A program made the translations under genes and the position numbers. A stretch of 62,616 nucleotides of DNA, filler included. It is 19 parts of 19 records of this genome, joined end to end, with 100 filler letters (N's around TTAATTAATTAA, not from the genome) between each part and the next. Parts side by side here need not be neighbours in the genome. Positions count along the whole stretch, not along the records: positions 8,957 to 14,616 come from SRR36015646_55310; positions 14,717 to 18,430 come from SRR36015646_55574; positions 18,531 to 20,535 come from SRR36015646_55603; positions 20,636 to 23,102 come from SRR36015646_55687; 15 more parts are not named here. One strand, written 5' to 3'. The notes under the pieces were generated by a model. That model saw only the letters and a list, made by a program, of their open reading frames with translations, was not told the DNA's origin and searched no databases. Position 1 is the first letter of the stretch; each line of letters starts with the position of its first letter. This document shows positions 8,957 through 20,651 of this stretch, piece by piece.

Positions 8957-11900
8957 CATTGTGGGCAGCTACATAATACCAGAGTAACCGCATCTCCTGT
9001 CAACAGTGAGCCTATTTTAGAAAAAAGACTACAGTTACAACCTACTTCTAGCACCATGATGTATGACATTTTGCAACGGAGTACATTGCCATCTCAAGTA
9101 CCTGAAATATTTAGTGGAAACATAGTAGAGTTTCCAGAATGGATTTCATCTTTCGAAACATTAATCGAAGCCAGATGCCAATCGTATCAAGATTGTTTAT
9201 ACTATTTAGGAAAATTTACGTCTGGTGAGGCAAAGAGATCTATAAAAGGACTAATCAATGCAAAGTCAGGTTTAGCATATAACAAAGCTAAAGAGATATT
9301 GAAGACTCGCTTTGGCAGCCCATTTTTAGTTAGCCAAGCGTACGTCAAAAAACTCAGTGAATGGCCGAGAATTGGAGCAAATGATTGTACAGGACTGATG
9401 GAATATGCTGATTTCCTTAATGCATGTTATGATACCATGACGACAATGGATAACACAGCGTACATGCACAAACTGAATGATGAAGGTACCCTACAAACCG
9501 CTTCATCAAATTTACCACTTAGGGTTTCTTCTGCATGGTGCACTGCTGTTCAAGAAAGTGTAGATCAGGGAAAGGGTGAGCTTGGGTTTTCCGAATTCTG
9601 TGCATTAGTCGGGAAGCATGCCAAACAAGCCATGCATCCAGTATATTCCACACAAGCGTTGGATAACCATAGGAATAACAGTAGGCCTAACGCATGTCAA
9701 CAGAGGGAAAAAGTTAAAGCTGCTACTGTTAATAGCTTTCGAAACAACAATGCAGCAACACAGGGTTCATATAATATTGCCAGTAATTCCCAAGAAGAAT
9801 ATGTAGATGCTGTCAATGTACATGCATATAGCTCAGAAACGGCAACAACACCACTAGAACCAAACTGCAGCTTTTGTAAAAAAAATAGTCACTCTCTATT
9901 ATATTGCCACGAATTCATTACTGCAGCACATCCAAACAAGATGGCATTTCTGATGACACATGGTCTGTGTTTTGGATGCCTGAAGCCTGGACACCGTCGT
10001 CAGACTTGCAAGTCTGCCGGTAGACTAAGATGTAGCAAGTGCAATGGTTACCATCCGACAGCAATGCATAGTGATGATCTTCATAAGTTAAAGGTCAATA
10101 CTACTACTTACGTCAATAATAATAAAACAAACACGGGAAGTAACCCAGCATGTGCTAATGTAGGAACAGCAAAGGAGGATTTGCGAGAGGATGTAGAAGA
10201 ATGTACTTTGGCCATTGTTCCTGTGTCAGTAAGACTGCATAATAAGGTAAAGACAATAAACACGTATGCCTTCTTGGATATCGGTAGCACGATGTCTTTT
10301 TGCACTAATAATTTAGCAAAACAGCTGGGTGCCAGTGGAAACAAGCTTAGCATTACATTCAACACAATGGGGATACCACATACGATGGATACGCAATCTT
10401 TGGCTGGTTTAGAAATAAGTAGCTTAGAAGGATGTGAATATGTCAGATTGCCTCTCCTTTACACTAAGCAGAAGATGCCTGTTACGGAAAGTCACATTCC
10501 CACGCAACAAGATATTAATAAATGGAATCATTTAAAGAACATTAAGCTACCTATAATAAATAGTGAAATAGGCTTGCTAATTGGAAATAATGTACCAGAC
10601 GCATATACGCCTTTCGAAACGAAATGTGGTCCTTTAAGTAGCCCACATGCAACAAGAACCCGTTTAGGATGGATTCCATGGAATGTCCTGCACAGTGAGA
10701 GCACATGCAAGAACTTAGTAAATTATTGCCATACAGTAAACAGCACTGAAGCTACTGCAATCAAAGAATATGAATCTTTAAATCGGCTAGAAAGACTTGT
10801 TAGGGAGTCTATTGACCTTGATTTTCCAGAAAGGTTAATAGATGACAAACGTGAACATTCTCAAGAAGATAAATTATTTTTGACAAAAGTAAACAAATCA
10901 ATAAAGCTAGTTGACGACCACTATGAAATCAATCTACCATTCAAAGATGATAACGTAGTTGTTCCCAACAATAAGAGTCAAGCCCAAACCAGATTACAAT
11001 GCTTACGGAGAAAAATGCTTAGAAATCCTGATTTCCGGGCTGATTATGAAGACTTCATGAAGGGAATTATAGACAAAGGCTATGCGGAACTGGTCCCCCC
11101 CGAGGAGGTAGAAATCAAAGATGGATCAGACTGGTACATTCCCCATCATGGTGTATACCACCCTAAGAAGCCAGGTAAATGTAGAGGAGTTTTTGATTGT
11201 ACCGCAAACATTGGTGGTATTTCATTAAATGGATTATTACTTTCAGGACCTAACCAAATCAGCAATTTAGTAGGAATAATTTTGCGCTTTAGACAAGAAG
11301 AAATTGCGATTATGGGTGATATAGAAGCAATGTTTTATCAAGTTCGAGTCCCGAAAAAGGATCGAAACTATCTGCGCTTCTATTGGTGGCAAGACGGTAA
11401 CCTTGATTCTGTGCCGCAAGTTTACAGAATGACAGTACATCTTTTTGGTGCCGTATCATCTCCAGCATGTTGCAATTTTGCCTTGAAAAGAACAGCTGAA
11501 GATAACAAAGATCACTTTAGTAAAGTAGCAGTATCCACTATACACAATAACTTTTATGTTGATGATTGTTTGAAATCTGTGTCGTCAGAATCAGAAGCTA
11601 TTCTTCTCGTTCATGAGCTTAGGCAGTTGTGCCAGAAAGGAGGCTTTCGTCTAACCAAGTGGATTAGTAATAGTCGTTGCGTTATTCAATCAATTCCATG
11701 TGAAGAAAGAGCCAAGGGCATTACAAGCTTGAATTTATCACATGATGAACTACCTACGGAACGCGCATTAGGTGTTTCCTGGGCAGTCGAGGATGATATG
11801 TTCGGATTCTCTATCAGCATTAGTGGTCTGTGCCAAACAAACTCAGTCACAAGGAAGGCAATCTTGTCAACAGTGAGTTCAATATACGATCCTCTTGGTA

Positions 11901-14616
11901 TGGCAGCTCCAATTATTCTAATTGGAAGAAACATCTTACAAGACTTATGCAGAACAGCCGTTGGGTGGAACGAAGAGATTACAGGGAGCCTGCTGACTAA
12001 GTGGAAAAACTGGGTAGAAGAACTTCCCCAGTTGAGAAATATAAAGGTGAATAGATGCTTGAAGCCATTAAATTTTGGAAGGGTGAAATTATGTGAAATA
12101 CATAATTTCTCAGATGCTAGTGAAACAGGGTATGGTACTGCGTCTTATATTAGATTAATAGATAATGAAGGACACATCCACTGTAACTTATTGCTAGCAA
12201 AATCTAGAGTGGCTCCTCTAAAAAAGATATCCATACCTCGCATGGAGCTGACAGCAGCCACAGTAGCTGTGCGTATTAATCAAATAATAGTTAATGAACT
12301 GGAGTATAATATCACAGGAACATTCTTCTGGACCGATAGTATGGCTGTTCTAAGATTTATTGCAAGTGAGTCGGCTCGCTTTCATACCTTTGTAGCAAAT
12401 AGGGTATCCATGATTCGGGAGGCCACGGAATTAAGTCAGTGGCGATTTGTAAATACTAAGAGTAATCCAGCAGATTTTGCATCACGGGGCATGTCAATGA
12501 AACGTTTTCTAGATTGTAAATCCTGGTTTGATGGACCTGATTTCCTAAAGTTACCAATGTCGGAATGGCCAAGATGTGACGGATTGAGTATGGTACATCA
12601 ATATTCCGATGAAGAGTTAGAAATGAAAAAGAGTACTAATGTAACTGTTGCTGTTGTAGGATGTTCCAATGAGACAGACAGAATTCTCACTTTCTTCTCA
12701 GATTGGCTTAAGGTAAGAAAGACAATCGGCTGGTTGCAAGTAGCCATAAAAAATCTGAAAGAATGGATTAATATTAGAAATGAAATCCGTGCAAAAGTAG
12801 CTACAACTGCATCAAATCCGTCTACTATAGAGAAAATGGTGGGAAAAGAAATTAAATTTCTTAAACAACAACGGTTGGAAAAGGCTCGACATGAAGTGAA
12901 ACAAAAGCTCCCATTAGATTCACTGCTTACCGCAGAACATTCCATAATTAGGTATGTACAATCTCAATACTTTGGGAAAGAGCAGAAATTACTTAAAGCT
13001 AATAATGAATGCAAATCATTGAAATCAAGTCAATTATACAAGCTGAGCCCATTCTTGGATGATGATATCATACGTGTGGGTGGACGCTTAGAACGTGCAG
13101 AAATTCCATATGATGCAAAACATCCGGTGATTTTGCCAAAGAGCAACCACATAACCAAATTGATTATACTTCATGCTCATAAACAGGTAGGGCATCTGGG
13201 TACCAATAGTGTACTATCGTTTTTACGTCAAAGGTATTGGATCATTTCTGCAAGCACTGTTATAAAGTCATTGATTTCAAGATGTGTGATCTGTCGCAAA
13301 TACCAAGCTAAAGCGATAAAACAAAAAATGTCTGATCTTCCACTTGAAAGGGTGTTGAAGGATGATCCACCATTTTCAAAGGTTGGTACGGACTATTTTG
13401 GTCCGTTTAGTATAAAACGAGCACGGAGCATGGTCAAAAGATACGGTGTTATCTTCACTTGTTTAACGACAAGAGCGGTCCATTTAGAAGTAGCGCACTC
13501 TCTTGATACCAGTGCCTGTATTAATGCAATTCGAAGATTTGTCGCAAGACGAGGTCTTGTAAAGTATATTCGTTCTGACAATGGTACCAACCTAGTGGGT
13601 GCGGAATGTGAATTACGGGAAGAGATTGCTAAATGGAATATTTGTAAGATTGGAACAGCCATGCAGCAAGAGAATATTACTTGGGAATTTAACCCTCCTG
13701 GGGCTTCACATTTTGGCGGTGTATGGGAGCGCTTGATAAGATTGGTAAGAAAGGTATTATACTCTATAGTACAAGAACAATGTGCAAGCTTGGATGACGA
13801 GTCTTTAATGACGCTCTTCTGTGAGGTTGAGGCTATATTAAATAACCGCCCTCTTACTAAGCAATCAAGTGATCCCAACGACTTAGAGGCTCTGACACCA
13901 AACCATCTACTTTTGTTACGTCCGTGTCAGCAAATGCCACCAGGCATTTTTGATTGCAAAGACAATTACGTTCGAAGGCGATGGCGCCAAGTGCAGTATC
14001 TAGCTGACTTATTTTGGTCAAGATGGACGAAAGAGTACCTACCACTATTACAAAGACGGCAAAAGTGGGTCTCTCCATGCCGAAATGTTAGTGAAGGAGA
14101 TATAGTTTTGATTATGGACAACACACCAAGGAACGCTTGGAGTTTAGGAAGAATTCTTAGTGTAGTAATGGATAAAAAGGGTTTTGTAAGAGCAGCAACG
14201 ATTCAAACAAAAACAGCTACTCTCAAACGTCCTGTTGCGAAATTATGTCAGATACTCGAAGCAGATACCCCTACAGAATAGAATATAAAGAAGCAGCATT
14301 AGCCAAATACAAACAAAAAAAAAATTGGTTAACTAACATTTACTTAAATATAACTTTGAGGGATATCTACATATACTGTATATAAATAGAAGATAAGAGT
14401 GTATCTATAATCTGTCACTTTATTCTGAAATGGAAAATACAAGGGTGCACTTTTAATTTGAAACATAATTGTGAAAGACATCTACATATGCTGTATTATA
14501 GTTACTAACTACGAGCGTATTTAATTTGAAGCATTATTTAATTTGTTTAAATTGCTATTTATAATGTCGCAATTGAGGGCCGAGAGTGTAATGTTCAAAT
14601 TATACATGTAGCGTAT
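8957..14616 (+). mobile_element. BEL/Pao LTR retrotransposon, internal region up to the start of the 3' LTR
   Basis: Single gag-pol ORF with domain order PR-RT-RH-IN; PPT GAGGGCCGAGAG (14575-14586) is followed by TGTAATG at 14587. Confidence 0.95.
9056..14281 (+). CDS. BEL/Pao gag-pol polyprotein (5' incomplete)
   Basis: Three Cys-His motifs (CSFCKKNSHSLLYC, CFGCLKPGHRRQTC, CSKCNGYHPTAMH); protease AFLDIGS; RT FYVDD; RNase H FSDASETGYG and WTDS; integrase HHCC plus DYFGP, SDNGTN and WERLIR. No internal stops. Confidence 0.96.
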   Translation: MMYDILQRSTLPSQVPEIFSGNIVEFPEWISSFETLIEARCQSYQDCLYYLGKFTSGEAKRSIKGLINAKSGLAYNKAKEILKTRFGSPFLVSQAYVKKLSEWPRIGANDCTGLMEYADFLNACYDTMTTMDNTAYMHKLNDEGTLQTASSNLPLRVSSAWCTAVQESVDQGKGELGFSEFCALVGKHAKQAMHPVYSTQALDNHRNNSRPNACQQREKVKAATVNSFRNNNAATQGSYNIASNSQEEYVDAVNVHAYSSETATTPLEPNCSFCKKNSHSLLYCHEFITAAHPNKMAFLMTHGLCFGCLKPGHRRQTCKSAGRLRCSKCNGYHPTAMHSDDLHKLKVNTTTYVNNNKTNTGSNPACANVGTAKEDLREDVEECTLAIVPVSVRLHNKVKTINTYAFLDIGSTMSFCTNNLAKQLGASGNKLSITFNTMGIPHTMDTQSLAGLEISSLEGCEYVRLPLLYTKQKMPVTESHIPTQQDINKWNHLKNIKLPIINSEIGLLIGNNVPDAYTPFETKCGPLSSPHATRTRLGWIPWNVLHSESTCKNLVNYCHTVNSTEATAIKEYESLNRLERLVRESIDLDFPERLIDDKREHSQEDKLFLTKVNKSIKLVDDHYEINLPFKDDNVVVPNNKSQAQTRLQCLRRKMLRNPDFRADYEDFMKGIIDKGYAELVPPEEVEIKDGSDWYIPHHGVYHPKKPGKCRGVFDCTANIGGISLNGLLLSGPNQISNLVGIILRFRQEEIAIMGDIEAMFYQVRVPKKDRNYLRFYWWQDGNLDSVPQVYRMTVHLFGAVSSPACCNFALKRTAEDNKDHFSKVAVSTIHNNFYVDDCLKSVSSESEAILLVHELRQLCQKGGFRLTKWISNSRCVIQSIPCEERAKGITSLNLSHDELPTERALGVSWAVEDDMFGFSISISGLCQTNSVTRKAILSTVSSIYDPLGMAAPIILIGRNILQDLCRTAVGWNEEITGSLLTKWKNWVEELPQLRNIKVNRCLKPLNFGRVKLCEIHNFSDASETGYGTASYIRLIDNEGHIHCNLLLAKSRVAPLKKISIPRMELTAATVAVRINQIIVNELEYNITGTFFWTDSMAVLRFIASESARFHTFVANRVSMIREATELSQWRFVNTKSNPADFASRGMSMKRFLDCKSWFDGPDFLKLPMSEWPRCDGLSMVHQYSDEELEMKKSTNVTVAVVGCSNETDRILTFFSDWLKVRKTIGWLQVAIKNLKEWINIRNEIRAKVATTASNPSTIEKMVGKEIKFLKQQRLEKARHEVKQKLPLDSLLTAEHSIIRYVQSQYFGKEQKLLKANNECKSLKSSQLYKLSPFLDDDIIRVGGRLERAEIPYDAKHPVILPKSNHITKLIILHAHKQVGHLGTNSVLSFLRQRYWIISASTVIKSLISRCVICRKYQAKAIKQKMSDLPLERVLKDDPPFSKVGTDYFGPFSIKRARSMVKRYGVIFTCLTTRAVHLEVAHSLDTSACINAIRRFVARRGLVKYIRSDNGTNLVGAECELREEIAKWNICKIGTAMQQENITWEFNPPGASHFGGVWERLIRLVRKVLYSIVQEQCASLDDESLMTLFCEVEAILNNRPLTKQSSDPNDLEALTPNHLLLLRPCQQMPPGIFDCKDNYVRRRWRQVQYLADLFWSRWTKEYLPLLQRRQKWVSPCRNVSEGDIVLIMDNTPRNAWSLGRILSVVMDKKGFVRAATIQTKTATLKRPVAKLCQILEADTPTE

Positions 14617-14716
14617 NNNNNNNNNNNNNNNNNNNNNNNNNNNNNNNNNNNNNNNNNNNNTTAATTAATTAANNNNNNNNNNNNNNNNNNNNNNNNNNNN
14701 NNNNNNNNNNNNNNNN

Positions 14717-17659
14717 CAGTTTAATACCACTGTTTGCCATCAATCTACAACGTATGGTTAGATTTGTGGCTTCATCCAAAAACAGTTGGTGATCGAAGAG
14801 TGGTTCGGACAGCATGTCGGAAATGTTCTCTGGTTGCTGCCTGCGTTCTACCTGAAGTTGCGACCATACGTCTAACAGTTCTGTGTAGAATAGTGGCCAA
14901 TCACTGTACAGCGCACTGTCGAGCTCGAGCTTAAACAGTTCTTTCGAGTAACCAAATCCACCATACTGTCTCAGATAGAAAACACACATGTGATAACTGG
15001 GGTGTTCAAAACCCTGTATAAAACGCTTGATGTAGTTCAATCTGAACGCATTAATTCTAGACTTGACATGGCATAAGGACTGGCCTCCTTCTTTGACATC
15101 CAGATACAACATCTCCTGTGACAACCAGTGCTTCCCACTCCATAGAAACTTGATCATCTGTGTCTGCCAATCTCTGATGTAGTGGTTTGGAGGGGAAAGA
15201 CTAATAGCTTTATGCCATATCTTGGACGCAGCCAGAGTATTAGCTATAACGGATTTTCCTCTGTAGGAAATTTTGCTACCTAAGCTTAGCCATCGGTTAA
15301 ATACATTGGTTATTTTTTCACTGATGTCGCCGAAGTTTCTATTAATACCTTCCGGAGTTACACTCATAAAAGCGCCAAGCAGATCGAGTCCGAGTGAGTT
15401 CCAATCGAAGCCGAGCGGCTGGTCTACACGATTTCGCCACGCTCCTACCCATAGGCCTTTGCTCTTAGATTCGTTAAGTAGAGCACCTGAAGCTAACGAA
15501 TACAGCTGATAAACGGTATGCACAGCATCAAGTGCTTCAACTGAGTTCAAGAAAATCGTTATATCATCTGCATATGCTGTAACTTGCACTTTGTAATTCG
15601 TCCCTGGAATAGTGAACCCAGTATTTGCTAGCACTTTACGCAACAGGATCAAGAAGGGCTCGATGGCGATTACATACAGAAGCATGCTGAGAGAATCTCC
15701 TTGCCTGATGCCGCACAAGAAACGAATAGGTCCAGCTAGACCATCGTGGAGCTTAATATAGCTTATTGCTTCCACAAACAATGTTCCAATGCAAGATATA
15801 AAATAGTTACCAAAGCCAAATCTCTCCAGAGTCCTTATCAAGTACTTGTGGCTAACCCGGTCGAACGCTTTCTGCTGGTCCATGCTTAATAGTAGCAGCT
15901 CTAGATCGTTCGCATTGGCATAAAATAGTATGTCTCTAACAAGATTTATATTGTCGTGGATTCGGCGGCCTGGAATACTGCAAGTCTGATCCAAATGTAT
16001 TAATTTGCAAATAACTGGCTTTAACCGTGCTGCCAAAACCTTGGTAAACAACTTGTAGTCTGTGTTTAACAGAGATATAGGCCGATAGTTCTTAATTTTG
16101 GTATGATCGCACAGCTTCTTAAGAATTAGACAGATAATAGCTGTCCTTAGTGATTCCGGTAGCTTGTTACGAGCAACTGCGTCGGTCAACATATCAACAA
16201 TGTGCACAGACAACTTATCCCAGAAGGCAGTGTACCACTCACTTGTTAGGCCATCAGAGCCAGGGCACTTGGATTTCTTAAAATTCTTCATGGCAATATC
16301 AAATTCCTGCACATTTAGGGGTCTTTCTAGTCTTTCTCTATCTTCATCGGATAGTCTTGGGACATCCTGCAAGATCTCTTCCATAGCTGCCTCACCCGTA
16401 GCTTTAGGAGAATACAGGTCAGAATAAAATTTAATAACTTCCTCTCTAATTTTCTCCATATCGCTGGTTACATCACCGTTTGGCATTGTCATACATTTAA
16501 TACAGCTCTTTGTATTAGGTGCCTTAGCCAGGTTGTAAAAATACTGGGTAGGGCCATCAGACTCTTGTATATGTATGTACTTGCTTTCCATGAGCTGACT
16601 GCACGCTTTTTGCTTTAGCGACATGTTTATAATCTTCTTTTTCTCCTCAATGATCTCATTCATATCATTGCTATTAGAGTTCAAAGCCACTAGGCTGTTC
16701 AGGTCTCGCTGTAGTATTTTAATGTTCCGTTTCCGCTCTGTATCCTTATCAACACTATATGTAATAGAAGTAGCCTTCACATGCGTTTTGAAAATGTCCC
16801 ACCATGTACCAATATCTTCATATTCCTGTTTCCGTTGTATCCACTCATCTATGAGATCATTAATTATTGCGATATACGTTCTGTCTTGCAGTAGGCCATT
16901 ATTGAATTTCCAATAGTTGGACCTTTTGTGTGTGTTATCCCTGCATAACTGGATCCAGACACAATCGTGGTCAGATAATGAGCAAACCTCAATTCCTGTA
17001 GTTAGAATAGACTGTCTCACAGCATGCGAAACATATATTCTGTCCAACCTGGCGCGAAGGGTTAAATCGTTTCTAGATGCTTCCCATGTAAATTGAATCT
17101 TGTCAGGGTGCATGACCCTCCAGATATCGACCAGTTTAAATTTTGTGACGAGTGTTTGCACTGCCGTTTTTAGTCTCTGCCTTCTTTCGTTTATGTTGTT
17201 GTATCTATCAACCCGTGGATGTAGAGTCACGTTCCAATCACCACACAGAAGAAGGTTGGAATCCTGAGATTCCGTCAGATAAGTATCAAGAACTTGGATT
17301 AGCCTCAGAGCTTCATTGTCATTTTGAGGAACCAAAATATTAAAGGCGTCGTATAAAGTCCCGTTTTGCTCAAATTTCACATGTAGTAGATGACCTGGGA
17401 TAATTTCTTCACACGCATCTATTATTACCTTACTGTTAGTTTTAACTGCAAAGCCAACTCCTGAAAACCGACGGGGTGCAGTAAAGAAGTGAAACGTGTA
17501 GCCTCGCTTACTCCAGAATACTATATCTTCGTCTTTTTGAACATTTGTTTCTTGTATAAATACCATATCTGGCTGTTGTATGTCCAAATAATGTAAAAAT
17601 TGAAGAGCCTTTGACTGTTGGCCCAATCCTCTGATATTTATGCTAGATATTTTGGCCAT
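14717..17659 (-). CDS. Non-LTR ORF2: APE endonuclease + reverse transcriptase (3' truncated)
   Basis: EN motifs SINIRGL, IQET, GDWN, RLDRIY and SDH; YWKFN; RT motifs PGSDG, YRPISLLN, DQQKAFD, GIRQGDSLS and AYADD. Confidence 0.96.
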
Positions 17660-17725
17660 ATTTTGTTAGAATGATTTGTATTAGCTCTGTACATGTAGAT
17701 AGGATGCCTTCCGCGTTAATGGCCT

Positions 17726-18430
17726 TCAAGTAGTACCAGGTATTGGAAGAACTGTGTCATATGAAGAGCGCCTGTCGCTCTGGTCAAGACGCATCGATTC
17801 TCTTAGTCTTTTGCCTAGGCTGTATAGTTGTTTTCTGGTACGGCTTATGGCTCTATACTTAGGAGAATTCACTTCTGCTGTCACCAGCTGGACTTTTCCA
17901 CATGACTCGATTTTCTCAATTTGCTTGATAATGCCTGGTACATCAGGGCTATATGCTCGTGCAATGCGCAGGCACTCATCACGTTTCTTGTATTTTGTGT
18001 CCTGTAACAAAAGCCTGATTTGCTCATCACTGAGTAGTTGTTCCTCCTTAGAATCCCCTTCATTCAAGCTCTGTATGTCTTGAGTGCTAATTATTCTATC
18101 ATCGTCCATAGTGCTTTCTTCTGGCTGACGCTGACTGGTTAGGTCCTCGGTTCCTGCATTATCTAGTAAATTTATCTCACTTTGAGGAACCTCCTGTAAT
18201 GGATTTGATATCTTGCTAGATCCTTGGCTTCCAAATTCCTCAATTTGCCCTACTAAGCCTTGCTCACCAGAGGCTCCACATTGTTTGGGTAATTGCTCAT
18301 CCATGTGTGTCACAGCACAATCAGTTTTCGGTTTACCTTTGGCTGCTTGATCTGTTTTTGCTGGAGTTGTATCATGTGCAGGGTCTTCAAAATCCAAAAC
18401 TCCCACTATGGATTTGTCAGAGAAATCGGG
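17726..18430 (-). CDS. Tx1/L1-like ORF1, C-terminal part
   Basis: ISTQDI...LLLQDTKYKKR...DVPGIIKQI matches the C-terminal block of the other two ORF1 proteins. It lies directly upstream of ORF2 and is open to the contig edge. Confidence 0.8.
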   Translation of the reverse strand, partial: PDFSDKSIVGVLDFEDPAHDTTPAKTDQAAKGKPKTDCAVTHMDEQLPKQCGASGEQGLVGQIEEFGSQGSSKISNPLQEVPQSEINLLDNAGTEDLTSQRQPEESTMDDDRIISTQDIQSLNEGDSKEEQLLSDEQIRLLLQDTKYKKRDECLRIARAYSPDVPGIIKQIEKIESCGKVQLVTAEVNSPKYRAISRTRKQLYSLGKRLRESMRLDQSDRRSSYDTVLPIPGTT

Positions 18431-18556
18431 NNNNNNNNNNNNNNNNNNNNNNNNNNNNNNNNNNNNNNNNNNNNTTAATTAATTAANNNNNNNNNNNNNN
18501 NNNNNNNNNNNNNNNNNNNNNNNNNNNNNNCTGTTAATAAACACATTGGTGCTAAT

Positions 18557-20535
18557 ATGGCGCATGAAATTGTTAAGTTAAATGACGGCAACGAATCAAA
18601 CCCAGCCAAACGATACTCAGAAATGCTGAAAAACAAACAAGTTGAATATTTTGCCAGCAAGGATAAAGCAGTATATGTTAGACTGACACAAGACGACCAG
18701 CGTCAGCTAGGAACAATCACCTGTACAAATGCCTTCATTAATGTGGTTGGTGGTGACGCAGTAACACATGTTGCCAAGGTGAACTCTAAACTAATCATAT
18801 ACGTTAAATTCGAACATCAAGCAGACCTTCTATGCTGTACTGGAGTCAATTTTGGTGGATATCTAAGGGAGGTCAGACGCCTGCACTCACCATATGGATC
18901 ACTGGTTTTGTCAAACGTATTCCCAGAGGTTCCAAACAAAGCTATTGAGGACTACTTTACAACAGAACTCGGAGTGGAAATCCGACAAATAAAACAAATA
19001 CCTGCCGGCTTTAAAGATCCAAAACTCAGACATATAATGTCTTTCCGTAGAGAAATCAGATACTTCAAAAACGAAGAAAACGATGTCCACTTTCCGGCGG
19101 AAATTACTATCAGTCATAACAAGGATCGGTACAAGATGTACCTCTCTGAACCGGGGAAGCCCATTTGCTTCAGATGCTTCCAGTTTGGCCATATACAGGC
19201 AGTGTGTCCACTAAAACGACAACATTTTACGAAACCACATGATGAACAAACAGCCAAAACAGGAGAACCGCACTACAGCTCAGCCCGGGAAGAACAGTAT
19301 AAGAAACATAGGGGAGGAGGCAAAGGTTTGTCCAGACACGTGGTTAACAGTAACGAACACATAAGTGACTCCACATACAAGGATAGCGGAAACAAAGACA
19401 CAAAAAATGACAGGCACCCCACTGAGCAACATAAGGACAACGGAGACAGTACTGCAAATGTTGTTAGCAAAGAGAACACTAATGCACAGACAAGTGACAG
19501 TCAAAAAATAACAGGCGCAGAGAATTATGAAAGGGGTGCAAATAGATATGGAACTGGTTTTGAAATAGTTGAACGCTCCAAGTCGCATAAGAGAAAAATG
19601 AATAGTTCCAGCCCCAACGCAAACAGCCAACCTGGGCTTGAGTGCAGCAACGTCTACTCGATACTACAAGAAGACAATCAGGGAGACGGTGAGAAGGAGC
19701 AGGTGCTACATGACAAACCTAGCATTGCGGAGCAGCAAAAGAAGAAAGCTAAATCTGAACCTGTCAAAGATGGTGGTTGTGATACACGTCCTACTGCAGC
19801 CGAAAACACAGATGGGTCCTGCGACAGACCGACTGGAAACGAAGTAATGTCACATATACCACCTGAAGATGAAAGAACAGTAACGGAAGGCCTAAATCTA
19901 ACTAATACCATCCCTCAACAATGTGATATGCATCAGACAGGAACCAGTGAACTATACTACAGTGTTAGTGATGGAAATGAAACGATAAGGAAAGGAAGTC
20001 CCACAAAGCTAGATGATTCATCCGTTTGCATTGATATGCTCGAAGACGACGATCAAGATGACCTATTTGGAAACACTATCAATGATGCCACAGCGTCAAA
20101 AAGCAGCACGCCACTAGAAAAAGAAAGAAAGATTACACTAACTCAAGTACTCGATGAAGATGACGACTTTGATCCAGAAGACAAAGATTTATTCAAAGTA
20201 CCTAATACCTCTAAGATGAAACAATCTGTAAGCATCCCATCAACAAGCAATGCAATAGATGACGAGCTGGAATCAGATGCATCTATACTAACACAAGAGA
20301 TTAGCGACAATTTGATTTCAACAAACAATCCGTTATCTAGAGATCAACTAAAAGATCTGCTGAACCTAACGAAAGGGAAAAGAAAACCCGATATTCATAG
20401 AATTGTAACATCAATGACCGAAGACATATCTGGAGTCATCCGACAGCTGGAGCATGAGAAGAATGCGAAGTGGGTGAGCACTCTTGGAACAGGACACAGT
20501 AAAAACGTATTACGAAGGATAAACACCTTAATACC
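18557..20535 (+). CDS. Tx1/L1-like ORF1 (3' truncated)
   Basis: Clear homologue of 3239..5878 (CTNAF, VLSNVFPEV, IPAGFKDPKLRHIMSFRREIRY, CFRCFQFGHIQAVC, ILTQE, LLNLTKGKR). Confidence 0.88.
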
Positions 20536-20651
20536 NNNNNNNNNNNNNNNNNNNNNNNNNNNNNNNNNNNNNNNNNNNNTTAATTAATTAANNNNNNNNN
20601 NNNNNNNNNNNNNNNNNNNNNNNNNNNNNNNNNNNGCAAGGATGCCAAATA

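Larger units (their letters stand above)
14717..18430 (-). mobile_element. Tx1/L1-like non-LTR retrotransposon (both ends truncated)
   Basis: ORF1 C-terminus followed, after a 66-nt spacer, by an EN-RT ORF2. Confidence 0.92.

Noticed and set aside
14717-20535. Divergent Tx1-like ORFs suggesting a head-to-head element, or one element split in two
   Set aside because: Separate contigs; both contain their own, different ORF1 C-terminal block, so they are distinct families.
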